Assembly (NCBI GenBank): GCA_965214095.1
Contig: OZ243938.1
Location: 3,360,001 to 3,424,000 of the forward strand
Direction of reading: 5' to 3'
Length of the DNA stretch: 64,000 nt
DNA from: Candidatus Poribacteria bacterium
GTDB lineage: Bacteria > Poribacteria > WGA-4E > WGA-3G
Part shown: positions 31,587-43,100 of the stretch, piece after piece
Layout of the letters: each line of letters starts with the position of its first letter
Position numbering within the stretch: the stretch's first letter is position 1
The notes under the pieces: model-generated
Told to the model about the DNA's origin: nothing
The model's database searches: none
What the model saw: the letters and a program-made list of their open reading frames with translations, nothing else
Position numbers and translations under genes: made by a program

Positions 31587-32984
31587 ATGAAGAATTTTCT
31601 TATTGGAATAACTCTAATTTCCTTGGTATCTGTTGTTGGATGTAAATCAGAATCACAATCAATAATAGGTATTGGAAAATCGTTTGATTCCACCAGTGAA
31701 CTCTCTGGTGGAGACACGACTATATTTGACGGATCAAGTCATGCGTTCTCAATTCCTGCACCTAATCTTTCTCCAGCAGCCCTTCAAAAGCACCTTGACG
31801 GTGATGTTGAATTTGAGGCAGTATTCGTCACTGCTCCTGCGGAGGTTAACCCTGGTTTAGGACCTATCTACAATAATATATCGTGTGTTAACTGTCATAG
31901 CCGTGATGGACGTGGTCGTCCCCCAAATGTTGATGAAAAACTGGTATCATTGTTATTTAGGCTTAGTCTCCCGAATACCGAAGATGGTGAATCTGGAAAA
32001 CCACCGATTCCTGTACCGGGTTATGGAACCCAGTTGAATAACCGTGCTATTTATGGCACACAAGCCGAAGGTTCAGTCAAAATTGAGTATAATGAGCAAC
32101 CGCTAACAGCCGAAGATGGGACGCGCATACATCTACGTTATCCAAATTATACAATTACGGATACCTACAAACCACTACCCGATGTTGTTGAGGTGTCCCC
32201 GCGTGTTGCTCCTGTTGTTTTTGGACTTGGGTTGCTTGAAGCAATTCCTGAAGAGACGATCCTAACCTTTGCGGATGAGGCAGATGTTGACGAAGATGGT
32301 ATTTCAGGTAAACCCAATTATGTGTGGGATGTAGTTGAAAAGCGTTACGCTCTTGGACGTTTCGGTTGGAAAGCGAACCAGCCTAACCTCCTTCAACAGG
32401 TTGCATCTGCATATCACGATGATATGGGGCTGACGACAGCACTATTCCTACTTGAAAATTCGTTTGGACAACCACAATACACCCAAAACGATACAACCCC
32501 TGAGGTTAGCGATGAAATATTAGATGTGGTAACGTTCTATGTTCAAACGTTGGCGGTTCCTGCACGACGAAACGTGGACGATCCACAGGTTATGCATGGT
32601 GAGCAACTATTTGTCCAAGCACAATGTGCAAGTTGTCATATTCCGACATTAAGAACGGGTGTTTTGCCGGGTGTTCCTTCAGTCAGTAATCAAACGATTC
32701 ATCCGTATACGGATATGTTATTACATGATATGGGACCTGACTTAGCAGACAATCGTCCTGATTTTCATGCGAGTGGTAGCGAATGGCGTACACCACCGTT
32801 GTGGGGTATAGGTTTAGTGCAAACTGTGAACGGTCATACCAACTTTCTCCATGATGGCAGGGCGCGGAATCTAATGGAAGCGATCCTCTGGCACGGAGGA
32901 GAAGCAGAACAATCACGAGAAATCACTTTGCAGATGTCCAAAAATGAACGTGATGCCCTAATCGCGTTTTTGCGGTCATTGTAG
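31587..32984 (+). CDS. Di-heme oxidoreductase family (DUF1111-like) lipoprotein
   Basis: CVNCH and CASCH, GRFGWKA, WRTPPLWG and LHDGRA motifs. Confidence 0.9.
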   Translation: MKNFLIGITLISLVSVVGCKSESQSIIGIGKSFDSTSELSGGDTTIFDGSSHAFSIPAPNLSPAALQKHLDGDVEFEAVFVTAPAEVNPGLGPIYNNISCVNCHSRDGRGRPPNVDEKLVSLLFRLSLPNTEDGESGKPPIPVPGYGTQLNNRAIYGTQAEGSVKIEYNEQPLTAEDGTRIHLRYPNYTITDTYKPLPDVVEVSPRVAPVVFGLGLLEAIPEETILTFADEADVDEDGISGKPNYVWDVVEKRYALGRFGWKANQPNLLQQVASAYHDDMGLTTALFLLENSFGQPQYTQNDTTPEVSDEILDVVTFYVQTLAVPARRNVDDPQVMHGEQLFVQAQCASCHIPTLRTGVLPGVPSVSNQTIHPYTDMLLHDMGPDLADNRPDFHASGSEWRTPPLWGIGLVQTVNGHTNFLHDGRARNLMEAILWHGGEAEQSREITLQMSKNERDALIAFLRSL

Positions 32985-33102
32985 TCGATTGATAGAAATT
33001 GGTATACCCTCCTGTCAGTGTTACTCTTTAGTCCCGTAGGGACGGTATGTTTATAGAAAAAATGTGAACCATCCCACTTGAGTTCCGTAGGAACGGCATA
33101 TA

Positions 33103-33216
33103 ATACCATTTCTATAAATGTTTATCTTTCTAACATTTATTAATAATGGCTTGAAGGACGGCACAAACTGGTAGTTTGTGCTACAAAAATGCGGCGTTTT
33201 CTATTAGAAATGGTAT
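33103..33216. mobile_element. 114-bp MITE (ATACCATTTCTA TIRs) with GTAGCACAAACT..CAGTTTGTGC core
   Basis: Inverted copy at 58507-58620. Confidence 0.75.
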
Positions 33217-33411
33217 AACCTAATGCCGAATTTCGTGGGACGCGTCGGTATCCAAAGGTGTATCCCATACGCAACAGTTCTTCTGTGAGACGCTTATAAC
33301 CATTTCTTGGATAATGGACAGATAACTTTTCATAGATTGCAATTATATCACAATCTTGTTTTAGGTAATGGTCTAAATTTCCGATGGCAGTACAGGGTTT
33401 GTATTCCTATT

Positions 33412-33625
33412 TGTCTGAAACAGGATTTTCAGGATTAGTAGATTTTCAGGATTATGAGTTTGGCTCTCCAAAGTTCCTATTCCCAGTTTGACGTTTATTT
33501 TCTGGATGGCACTTTGATGTTTCAGACTCTTATCCCTGTGAATCATGTCAAATGTGCATTCGGCAAAGGCATTCATACCGTTGATTTGTAAATCCTGAGA
33601 ATCCTGAGAATCCTGGTTCAGACAA
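33412..33625. repeat. Inverted pair of TTGTCTGAA-(GGATTTTCA)n repeats
   Basis: Arms at ~33412-33454 and ~33590-33625, single arm at ~4072-4098. Confidence 0.6.
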
Positions 33626-33695
33626 GAATCAATATATCCAATAAATTCAGTGACTTAACAGTAAGTTAACATCAAGAATTACGAATCCTTAAAAC

Positions 33696-34023
33696 TATAG
33701 TGAACATTGAAAATAATAACACAAAGTCCCTATAGGAGCGATCTCCGAATCGCGACTGAACTCAGTGATAATCGAGAATCGGAGTTCCTTCCTACATCTT
33801 GAAATGTTCCATTAATTCAAAAGTTTACTATAATAGCTCAAGTTGCTACCTATCAAAATCCGAGCAACTTCGTTCTCCTTAAGATATCCAATCTTCCGCT
33901 CCAGCGGAGCGATATGTTTATAGCACGGTTTGTTTCATTCTTCCGCTCCAGCGGAGCGGTATGTGAAAGAACCCTGAACAGGCTGGACGACTCGTTATAT
34001 TGTTTAGGTGGCAACTTGCGTTA
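33696..34023. mobile_element. Two adjacent MITEs (33696-33832 TATAGT type; 33834-34023 CAAGTTGC-ACCTA TIR type) with hairpin cores
   Basis: TIRs read directly. The second holds two CGCTCCAGCGGAGCG hairpins. Confidence 0.65.
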
Positions 34024-34102
34024 ATATAGTGTTATACTTGTATTAGTAATGTCATAAATGTTATGAGAGTTGTTTTTCATATTTCTGCTCGGAGGATATT
34101 AA

Positions 34103-37100
34103 ATGATCGGACGAGAAAAAAGCTTATTTGTGGTTTTTCTGTTTTGTCTTTTTGTTTTAACTCTCTATCTTACTCGAATTACCTTTGCACAAGATGTAAC
34201 GAACGATGAGCAAATCATTGAACGATACAAGTTAATGCTGGTTCGAAAGCCAAAAGAAGGCAGCACATTTGACCGTGTCTACCAGTTTTACCTTGAAAAT
34301 GCTGGGTTAGAAGCACTGGTCAGCGATTATCAAGCGGAATCTCAAGCGACACCAGACGATGCTAATGTTCAATTAATTTTGGGACATATATACAAACGCC
34401 TCGGCAAAGATACTGAAGCACTCACAATATATCAACGCGCTGTTGAACTTGCCCCCAATAAATATTATCCGCATGTTGCATTAGGACAGATGTATGCTAC
34501 GTTACGGCAACACGAGGAAGCAATCCAAGAATTGAATAAAGCTGCATCATTGTCTGAACAAGCACAGAATGTCCCACCTGAAGAGTTAACAGCAATATAT
34601 AAGGCACTTGGAAACGCCTATTTCAGTCGAGATAAAGTTGACGAAGCGATACAAGCTTGGAAGAAGATATCTGAACTTGATCCGGATGACATTTTTGCAC
34701 GCATTGAACTTGCAGACCTATTTCGAGAACAGGAACTATTTGAACAGGCAATTGCTCAACACGAAGCGATCATTCAGCTGAAAAAGGATGAACCTTATCG
34801 TGTATGTTTAAGTCGTAGGGAAATTGGTAATATTCACGAAGCGAAAGGGGACTTTGAGAAAGCGATCCAACATTATGACGAGGCACTTACTCTTACTGCT
34901 CCTGGAAACTGGCTACGTAAAGACCTACAACACCGCATCATCGGTATCTTTGCAGCTGATAGCAATTGGGAAGGATTAATCGAATACTATCAAGCGAAAC
35001 TTGAAACAACCCCAAATGAACCTGAACTTATAGGTCAATTGGCAGCTGCGTATATTGAAAACCAACAACTTGAAGAAGGGATGAAAACTTATCGGCAAGG
35101 GTTAGCACTCGCACCCACCGATGCAGCTCTGCGTCTTAACCTGATTGCTTCTCTCCGCAATGCAGAAAAATATGAGGATGCAGCAGCGGAATACGAGGTA
35201 CTCAGTGAACAAGACCCTGATGATTTCGGAATCTACCGTGAACTCGGTGAGTTATATCTGCAAATTGGAAATCAAGCGAAGGCTAAGTCTGTATATCAAA
35301 AAATGATTGATCGGGATCCGAATAATCCGAGTACACATCTCATCCTTGCCGAGATTTACGCTGGACACGAATGGATTGAGGATGGTATTGAGCAGTATGA
35401 AAAAGCGATAACGCTTGCCCCAAAGAATCTTGATTTCATTGAGTATTTTGGTGATTTCTATTTCCGTCAAGGTGATCGTGAGAAGGCACTTGAAACTTGG
35501 AATAGAATGGTTGCTGGAGAGTTGAATACCGCCGAGAATAATAACCAGTTAGCGGAACTCCTCAATGCCAAGAAGTTCAAGGCTGAAGCAGTTGCTGCAA
35601 CCCGCAAAGCAGTTGAGCTAATGCCAGATGAATATCGTTACCGTGAAGCGTTGGCAAAACAACTCATGGAGAACAATGAGTATGAAGATGCCCTTCAAGA
35701 ATTCACGAAGGCGATGGAACTTGCACCAAATGCATTTTTCGCAGAAAAAATGGATGACAAGAGGATTGAACTCTTTCGAAGACAAGGGACACTTCTTGAA
35801 AAAATAGAAGAACTGGAAACTGAGCTTGAAAAAACAGGATTGGCTGAAGCGGATGTATTCACATATCACAGGCAACTTGCCAAGATGTATTTGAGGTTAG
35901 GCAATGTTACTTATGCACTTGAAGTACTCCTAAAAGCTAAAGAACAAGAACCACATGATATTGGTGTCAACCGTTGGCTTGCAGAAGTGTATCACAGACA
36001 AGGCAGACGGGATGATTCTAATGCTGTCTATATGCATCTTATTGAATTGGACAGCGCAAACGCTCGGGAATATCATGCAAACATTGCTAAATCATACCTA
36101 AATGTGTTGGACTTTGAGGCGGCGGCAACTGCAGCAAAACAAGTTATCGCACACAGTCCTCGTAATCCCGAAGGACACCAATTGCTGGCACAAGTTGCGA
36201 AGCAATCTGGAGAATATGAGACCGCTATTGATAGTTTGAAACAAGCGGTTCGGTTGCGTCCAGAAGCAATTGACATCCGCAGGGAGTTGGCAGCTATTTA
36301 TAAACTCTCAGGAAAACTGCAACAATCCCTCTCGCAGTATTGGCGTTGCTGGGAATTGAGCCATAATATCAACGAGAAACTTACTTTTGTCAAACCACTT
36401 TCTGAAGTCTATTACGATCTTGGTAGACGCGGTGAATTTGAAGAACGACTGAAACAAATGGCGAAATCAAATACTGTTGGCGTAGGGCCAGTTCTTGCTC
36501 TTACCGAACTTTACCGATTAGAGGGTGACCTGCCGAGTGCTCGTTTCCAATTAGCACAAGCATTAAATAAGCAGCGTGAAGATCCAGAACTATTGACCCA
36601 CCTTGTCCAGATTAGCATGGAACTCGGTGACTTGCAGGATGCTCTGTCATATCAACAAAGACTGGTCAAAGTTGATCCGGATTATGCACATCAACGGCAA
36701 TTGGGAGAGTTGTTGTTTGATGCAGGACGTGAACAGGAAGCGATTCAGGCGTGGACAAAACTCCTCCATGCAAAAAACCAGACACTTGAGGCAGAAGTCA
36801 AACTGGCTGCGTTGTTGCTACGGCACGGACGGTCTGAAGAGGCGTTTATTGTGCTTGACCGCGCATCTGAGAAAATCAGTGGCACTGATGCACATCTGCC
36901 TTTATATCGGTTGGGAACGATGTTAGTGAGTATGAATGAACCGGAACGCGCACAGACGTATTTCCACCGAATCCTTGAAATGTCCGAGCCAATTGGGAAT
37001 ACTTCAAATAAGAAGTCAGCACAACCTTCAATCTTTTATTCCTCGTCAGTCCCTGGCATTGAACGCAATAAATTTAGAATCTTACGTAGTAGTGTTGGAA

Positions 37101-40100
37101 CTATTCAAAGCAGACCGAATTTTGCTGGTGCAAGTATGCCTTGGACGCCGAAAGATTTTGAAGAAGCACAATCTGGTGCTCTTGTTCAATTGACGACAAT
37201 CGCGCAGAGCCAGGGAAAACTACCTGAACTTATCAAACATTTTGAAGACAATGCTGAAGTAAATCCTACGGATGTTAAGTCTATTGAAATCTTGGTGAAA
37301 CTATATACTTTGGTTCAATTTGATGACAAAGCTAAGGAAGCTATTGACAGATTAGTTGAAATTTCACCTAATGACTCTGCATACCAGCCGCTAAAATTAC
37401 ATCGCATCATGGAGGAAAATCCAGATTATGAAACCTTGAAAAAATCACTCAAAGAAATGCCCGGGATGGATAACGTATCACAACTTGCTTATATAGCCGA
37501 ATATGCACAGATGCTTTACCATAAGGATAAAAAAGAAGATGCAGCAAAACTATTAAGTGAAATTGAAAATGTAAATGTGACTGACATTAACACAGGTTTT
37601 GAATTAATTGATGCTTTTCATCTAATTGATAAGGTAGATATCGCAGAGAGGTTACTTACTAATTTACCTGTGCCTCCACAAAAACAACAATATCAATACA
37701 TGCGAAAGTTCGAAAGTCTCACAGATGATTATATTAAAAAAGACGAACTAGAGAAGGCAACTGCACTCTTCTGGACTTATTGTGAACGGACAAAACCCAC
37801 AAAGATTAATCCCAGACGGGTGGCTGCACTTGCACAGACATCTTATTATTATGGTGGATATAGACCGATTCAGACCAGTTATCCTGCTCCAACTGCATAT
37901 TTCAATAGTGATCGTCTCGGTTACCTACAATCTATCTTCCGCGATTTTTGGATGAGGGATCAACAGCAGTTGTTATTTACTAAATTCCAAACTGAATTTG
38001 AAACAACAGAAGGTAGAAATAAGATTTTCCCCGCTTTGGCTCTTAGCTACTGCTACTGGTGGGATGAAAATGGAGATGAAGCACAACAGGTGCTAACAGT
38101 CCTGCAACAGGAATTTCCTGATGATCTTACACTGAAACTCAACACTGCTCTTGCTTCTATTCAGACAGGGGAACATAAGGTAGCAACGGAGCTGCTTGAA
38201 AACCTTGTCGCAACTGAACCCCGAAATCGCAAGCAATACCAAGACCTATTGCTACAACTCTTCATTCGGACAGGGGATACCGTTGCTATACGTGAATTGA
38301 TGTCAAAAATGTTGAGTTCTCCAATAGGTGGAACAGAACTTTATCAATTCTCACAGATACTTCAGGATGCAGGTTTCACGCAGTATGCCATCGCTGCAGC
38401 GAAAAAAGCGATGACTTTGGCGATGGTGCAACGCAACCCGAATTTCCTTATACAATTGGGACAACATCTTGGTAACCTTGGTAGAGGACAGGACGCATCG
38501 CTTCTCGCTGAACGTGCACTCCGTTTCGCAAACCGTCCAGACCGTTATGGACGCATGATGTATTCTTGGAATTTTCAGCAAGCCACAAAACTTGTGAACC
38601 AATCAAAGAGTATAAAAGAACGTGAAGATAAATTTATCACGGATGTCGAAAAAAATCCTGAGTCGTTCCAAGCACAACTTAGATTAGCAATGTATTATGA
38701 AGGGACAAATAAGATTAGTAAAGCTGCAGAAACGTTTAAGGCTGCTCTCAAATTACAACCTAAAGACGATATGGTGAGGTTACGGTATGTCCAGATGATG
38801 GAACGGAATGGAAAAGCTAATGATGTGATACCGGAATATCTCACACTTCTTAAAAACGACTCAAGCGCACTCGGATATAATTACAAGACAGCAGTCGATG
38901 CTTTCGTTGCAGCAGAGAAATTTGATGCGTTAATATCGCTCGTAAAAGACATGATTGATCCTGTCGGAAAATACGCTGGCAGCGATTTAACAGCAAGTGT
39001 CGGACGACGGTGTCTCAAGGAAGAAAAGGTTGATGATGCAATTGAGATATTCAAGAAGATTATCAAGGTTCATCCCAGTTGGTACTATATACATCAAGAC
39101 TTAGCTAACGCATACATTGCAGCAGGTGACGTAGAAAAAGCTGTACAATACTTAACCGATATGCATGAACTTGAAAAGACATCATTAACGCAATCGCAGT
39201 TTGTATTAAAAATCGCAGAGTATTATGAGGAAGCCGGTGAACGCGAAAAAGCGATCCAATATATACGTGAACAACTCAGTTCAGATGATTCATCTGATTC
39301 TGATACTTCTTATGTATTGAAATTGGCAGAACTCTATAAAGAAGATGAAAAGTTAGATAGTTTTATTGCGGAATATGATGCTAAACTTGCTGAATTTCCC
39401 GAAGATACTAAGCTGCTATATCTTACTGCAAATTTAAAACTAAGCGCAGAGGATACTGAAGGCGCAAGCAATCATGTCGATCAACTTATTGATACATCAT
39501 TGGGGACTGTTCAAACAAATTGGCTCTATAGCCTTGCTCAAGCATCCGATGATGCCGGAAGTCATAAACTCCAATTTCACATACTGGAAGCAATTGCTGA
39601 AAAACTTGAACGAGAGAATTCTTGGAAACTTGAGGAATGTTACAAGAAACTTGGAGAGGCTTATGCTAAGAGAGATGAGTTAGAAAAAGCTCAAAACGCG
39701 TTTCGTAAGATGGGGACTCTCCAGATAATGAAAGATAATCAAACAAGTATATATGAAAAAAGAAATCTTGGCTCAACCTATATGCAACATAAAATGTGGG
39801 ATGATGCTGAGGCTATCTTTACAGAGATTATCAACGACCTTAAAGCCTCATCGTATGATCGTGAGTATTCACAGGAGCGGGTGATGCGAATTAAGCAACA
39901 GCGAGGTGAATTCAATACGGCGGAACAGATTACTGAAAACTTACAGGATATGAGCGTTGGCATGCGTCGGGCTATGGCAAAAGAGTTAATGCAACGTAAT
40001 CAGATTGACAAAGCAATCGAGGTCTACGAAAAGATTGAGAAAGAGATGCCTGAAGACTTTGAATCACGCACACAACTCGCATCACTATATACTAGAAATA

Positions 40101-43100
40101 ACCGACACGAGAGGGCAATTGAAATATGGAATGGGTTGATTGATGCAGACCCGGAAAATACGAAATTTCAAGATGGATTGGTTGACAGTCTTCAAGATGC
40201 AGGTAAAGAGGAAGAAGCACTTCAGATTACACTGAAATACATTGAAGCCGAACCGGATATCGGTGTTCATCACATCCGACTCGCAAAACTCTATACAAAT
40301 AACAATAGGATAGATGATGCTATCGCTACCTATGAAAAAGCAATTGAACTTGCACCCGGAGATAGACAGATTTACCTACAGATGGCACAACTCTATTTTC
40401 TCAAAGATGATATGGATAATGTTGAGAAGGCATATAGAAACGCAATTCAAACCACACCTTCAGAATATGACCGTCAAAATACCGAACGGCAAATCATAGC
40501 TTTATATCGTCTCCAAGGGAATTTAGAAGAAAAGATGCAAAAGGCTGAAGAAGAAGGCACAATAACTTTTGAAATGCAAAAATTATGGGCGGAAACCCTG
40601 TCTAATAAAGGTGAACTACAGAAATCTATTGACGCTTATAAGAAAGCAAAGAATATGACAGTAAACACCTATGAGCAAAGTGATATCTCTGAGAGAATGA
40701 TCAATCTTCAAGTAAAACTCGGAGATACCGATAAAGTGTTGGAAACCTATGAAAATGAATCGAGTACAGATACATCAGTTAGATCCATCATGCATCGTCC
40801 TGTAGGAGTTTCAGTTGAGTCCGATGCTGATTCCTCACGCGTGACTTTAATAAATGCCTTTAAAGACAAAAACATACTTGACGAACTGAAAACACGCTAT
40901 GAGAGCAAACTTGAGAAGAAACCTGACGATGTTTTAGCACTTTCTGTACTTGCAAATATCTATTGGGATGAAGAAGATTATAAGAAGGCAGGTGAAACCT
41001 ATCAAAAGCTAAGTAAATCACAATCAGATAATATCTTCAACTTTTACTATGCAGCGGTTGCCTTTAAAAAAGACAAACAGGCTGAGTTGTTTAAAGAGAT
41101 AATTAAGAAAGCGGAAAGTGCGATTGAAACAAGCAGCAACAGTCATGATATGTATTATCTTGCTGGACTCGGTACGTTTTGTTATGAAAATAAGTTATAC
41201 GAACCAGCGATTAAACTGACGAAATTAGCAATTGAAGAGAGTCGCAGATACGGTGGCAATTACATGAAAGATAGACTATATCAACTGCTCGCAAAGAACT
41301 ATCAGGCAACGAAACAATATGAAAAGGCTGTGGAAGCATATCGATCAGTTCCAAGTGATAGCAACATAAATGTACAATCCGAAATTCGTAATATCGCAAA
41401 AGAAGGTAAACTCTTTGAAAAATGGATCCCTGAACAACTCAAAAAGGTTGAAAAGGATCCTGAGAATACCAATCTACGTTTGACACTTGCACAAAATTAT
41501 GAATATGTTGAAAAATTTAAAGAAGCTATCGCACAGTATGAAATACTGACATCGCTAAAACCTGACAATTCGGAATGGCACAAAAAATTGGGTGATTTAT
41601 ACGCGAATCTGGCAATAGAAAGAAGGGAAACTGGAGAAGTTGTTGAAGACACTACACTCACGCTGACAGGTGAAAGGAGTTACGTTTCAATAGCTGATAG
41701 CGAAACCCTAAACAACATCACTGAACAACTCACGGTATCTGCCTGGATCAGACCGACCGGATACCCAAATGAATACACGAAGATTATTTTAAAGACTGAT
41801 GAGCGAGGACAAAACCCGCATGTTCGAAGTTTCCACTTACAATTAGTTGAGGGTGGAAAAATTAGAACTACATCTGCTCCTCAAGATAAGAGTTTTGTGT
41901 CCATCAGTTCACCGGCTAATACCATTAAACTTAACAATTGGCATCACATCGCTGCCGTCATTGATGTTAAAAAAGATTCTTTTAAACTATTCATTGATGG
42001 TAATGAAGTTGGCAGAAGCAACTATCGTGGCGCGAAAAGTATACATAAGAGTCAACTACCATTCAGGATTGGATGGCTGCATTGGAATGATCCAAAATTG
42101 AATAAATCTTACGTCGGGCAAATTGATGAGGTGCGTATCTGGAACATACCTCGCACGGAAGAACAAATTCGTACTGATATGAATAAACAACTCAATGGCG
42201 ATGAACCCGGATTGATCGGCTATTGGAAATTTGACGAAGTCAAAGAAGGCATTATTACGGATTCTTCACCTAACAACAATGATGCAAAGTTAGTTGCTGA
42301 TGCTAAACTTGAACCTTATAAACGGCCAGTATTTGAGACAACTGAGAATGAAAATAAAGCAAAGTCAACCGCTGCTTACAACAAAGCTCTTGAACTCAAT
42401 CCTGATTCATATAACTATTATGACCTGTTAGCAAAGTCCTACTTGAAATCTGATAAGAACGCTGATGCTGAAAAGGTATATCGACAGGCATTGGATGCAC
42501 CACTCACACAAAGTAATCACGATTCAGCTGTCCGCGCAATTGCCGGTCTTTACACCGCGGACAATCAAGCTGAAAAACTCGTCGCTATCCTTGAAGAGAT
42601 CAGACCGAGAATGCAAAGTCGTGCCGTAATGCATCGATTTTTAGCCGAGACCTACGAAAAGTTAAAGGATACGGAAAAGTCTCAACTCGCTTATGACCGA
42701 TGGCTGAAGATTCGTGAGAAGGAAATGAACCGTTCAACGAGCAATTATAGCCTCCATAATTTCGCAAAGGAACTCCTTGATAAAGACCTCTATCCGGAAG
42801 TTGCATTAAAATTCGCAAAACGCGCCCTACAAAGTTATACCAACGTTAGTTATACCTATCCTTCAACAGTTGGACGCGCATGCATCGCAAATGAATTATA
42901 TGATGATGCTATAAAGTTTTACAGTTATGCATTTAGTGCTACATCTACCATATCGGCAACGGACAGTATTTGGAGAACCGTTCTTAATGAAGGAGAGAAG
43001 CATAAAGACAACAAACAATACAGGCAGTTGTTAGATAATCTGATAGACTCAATTCCAAAGAAAGAATTTAGCAAATGGGCAAATGGACACCGAATGGTTG

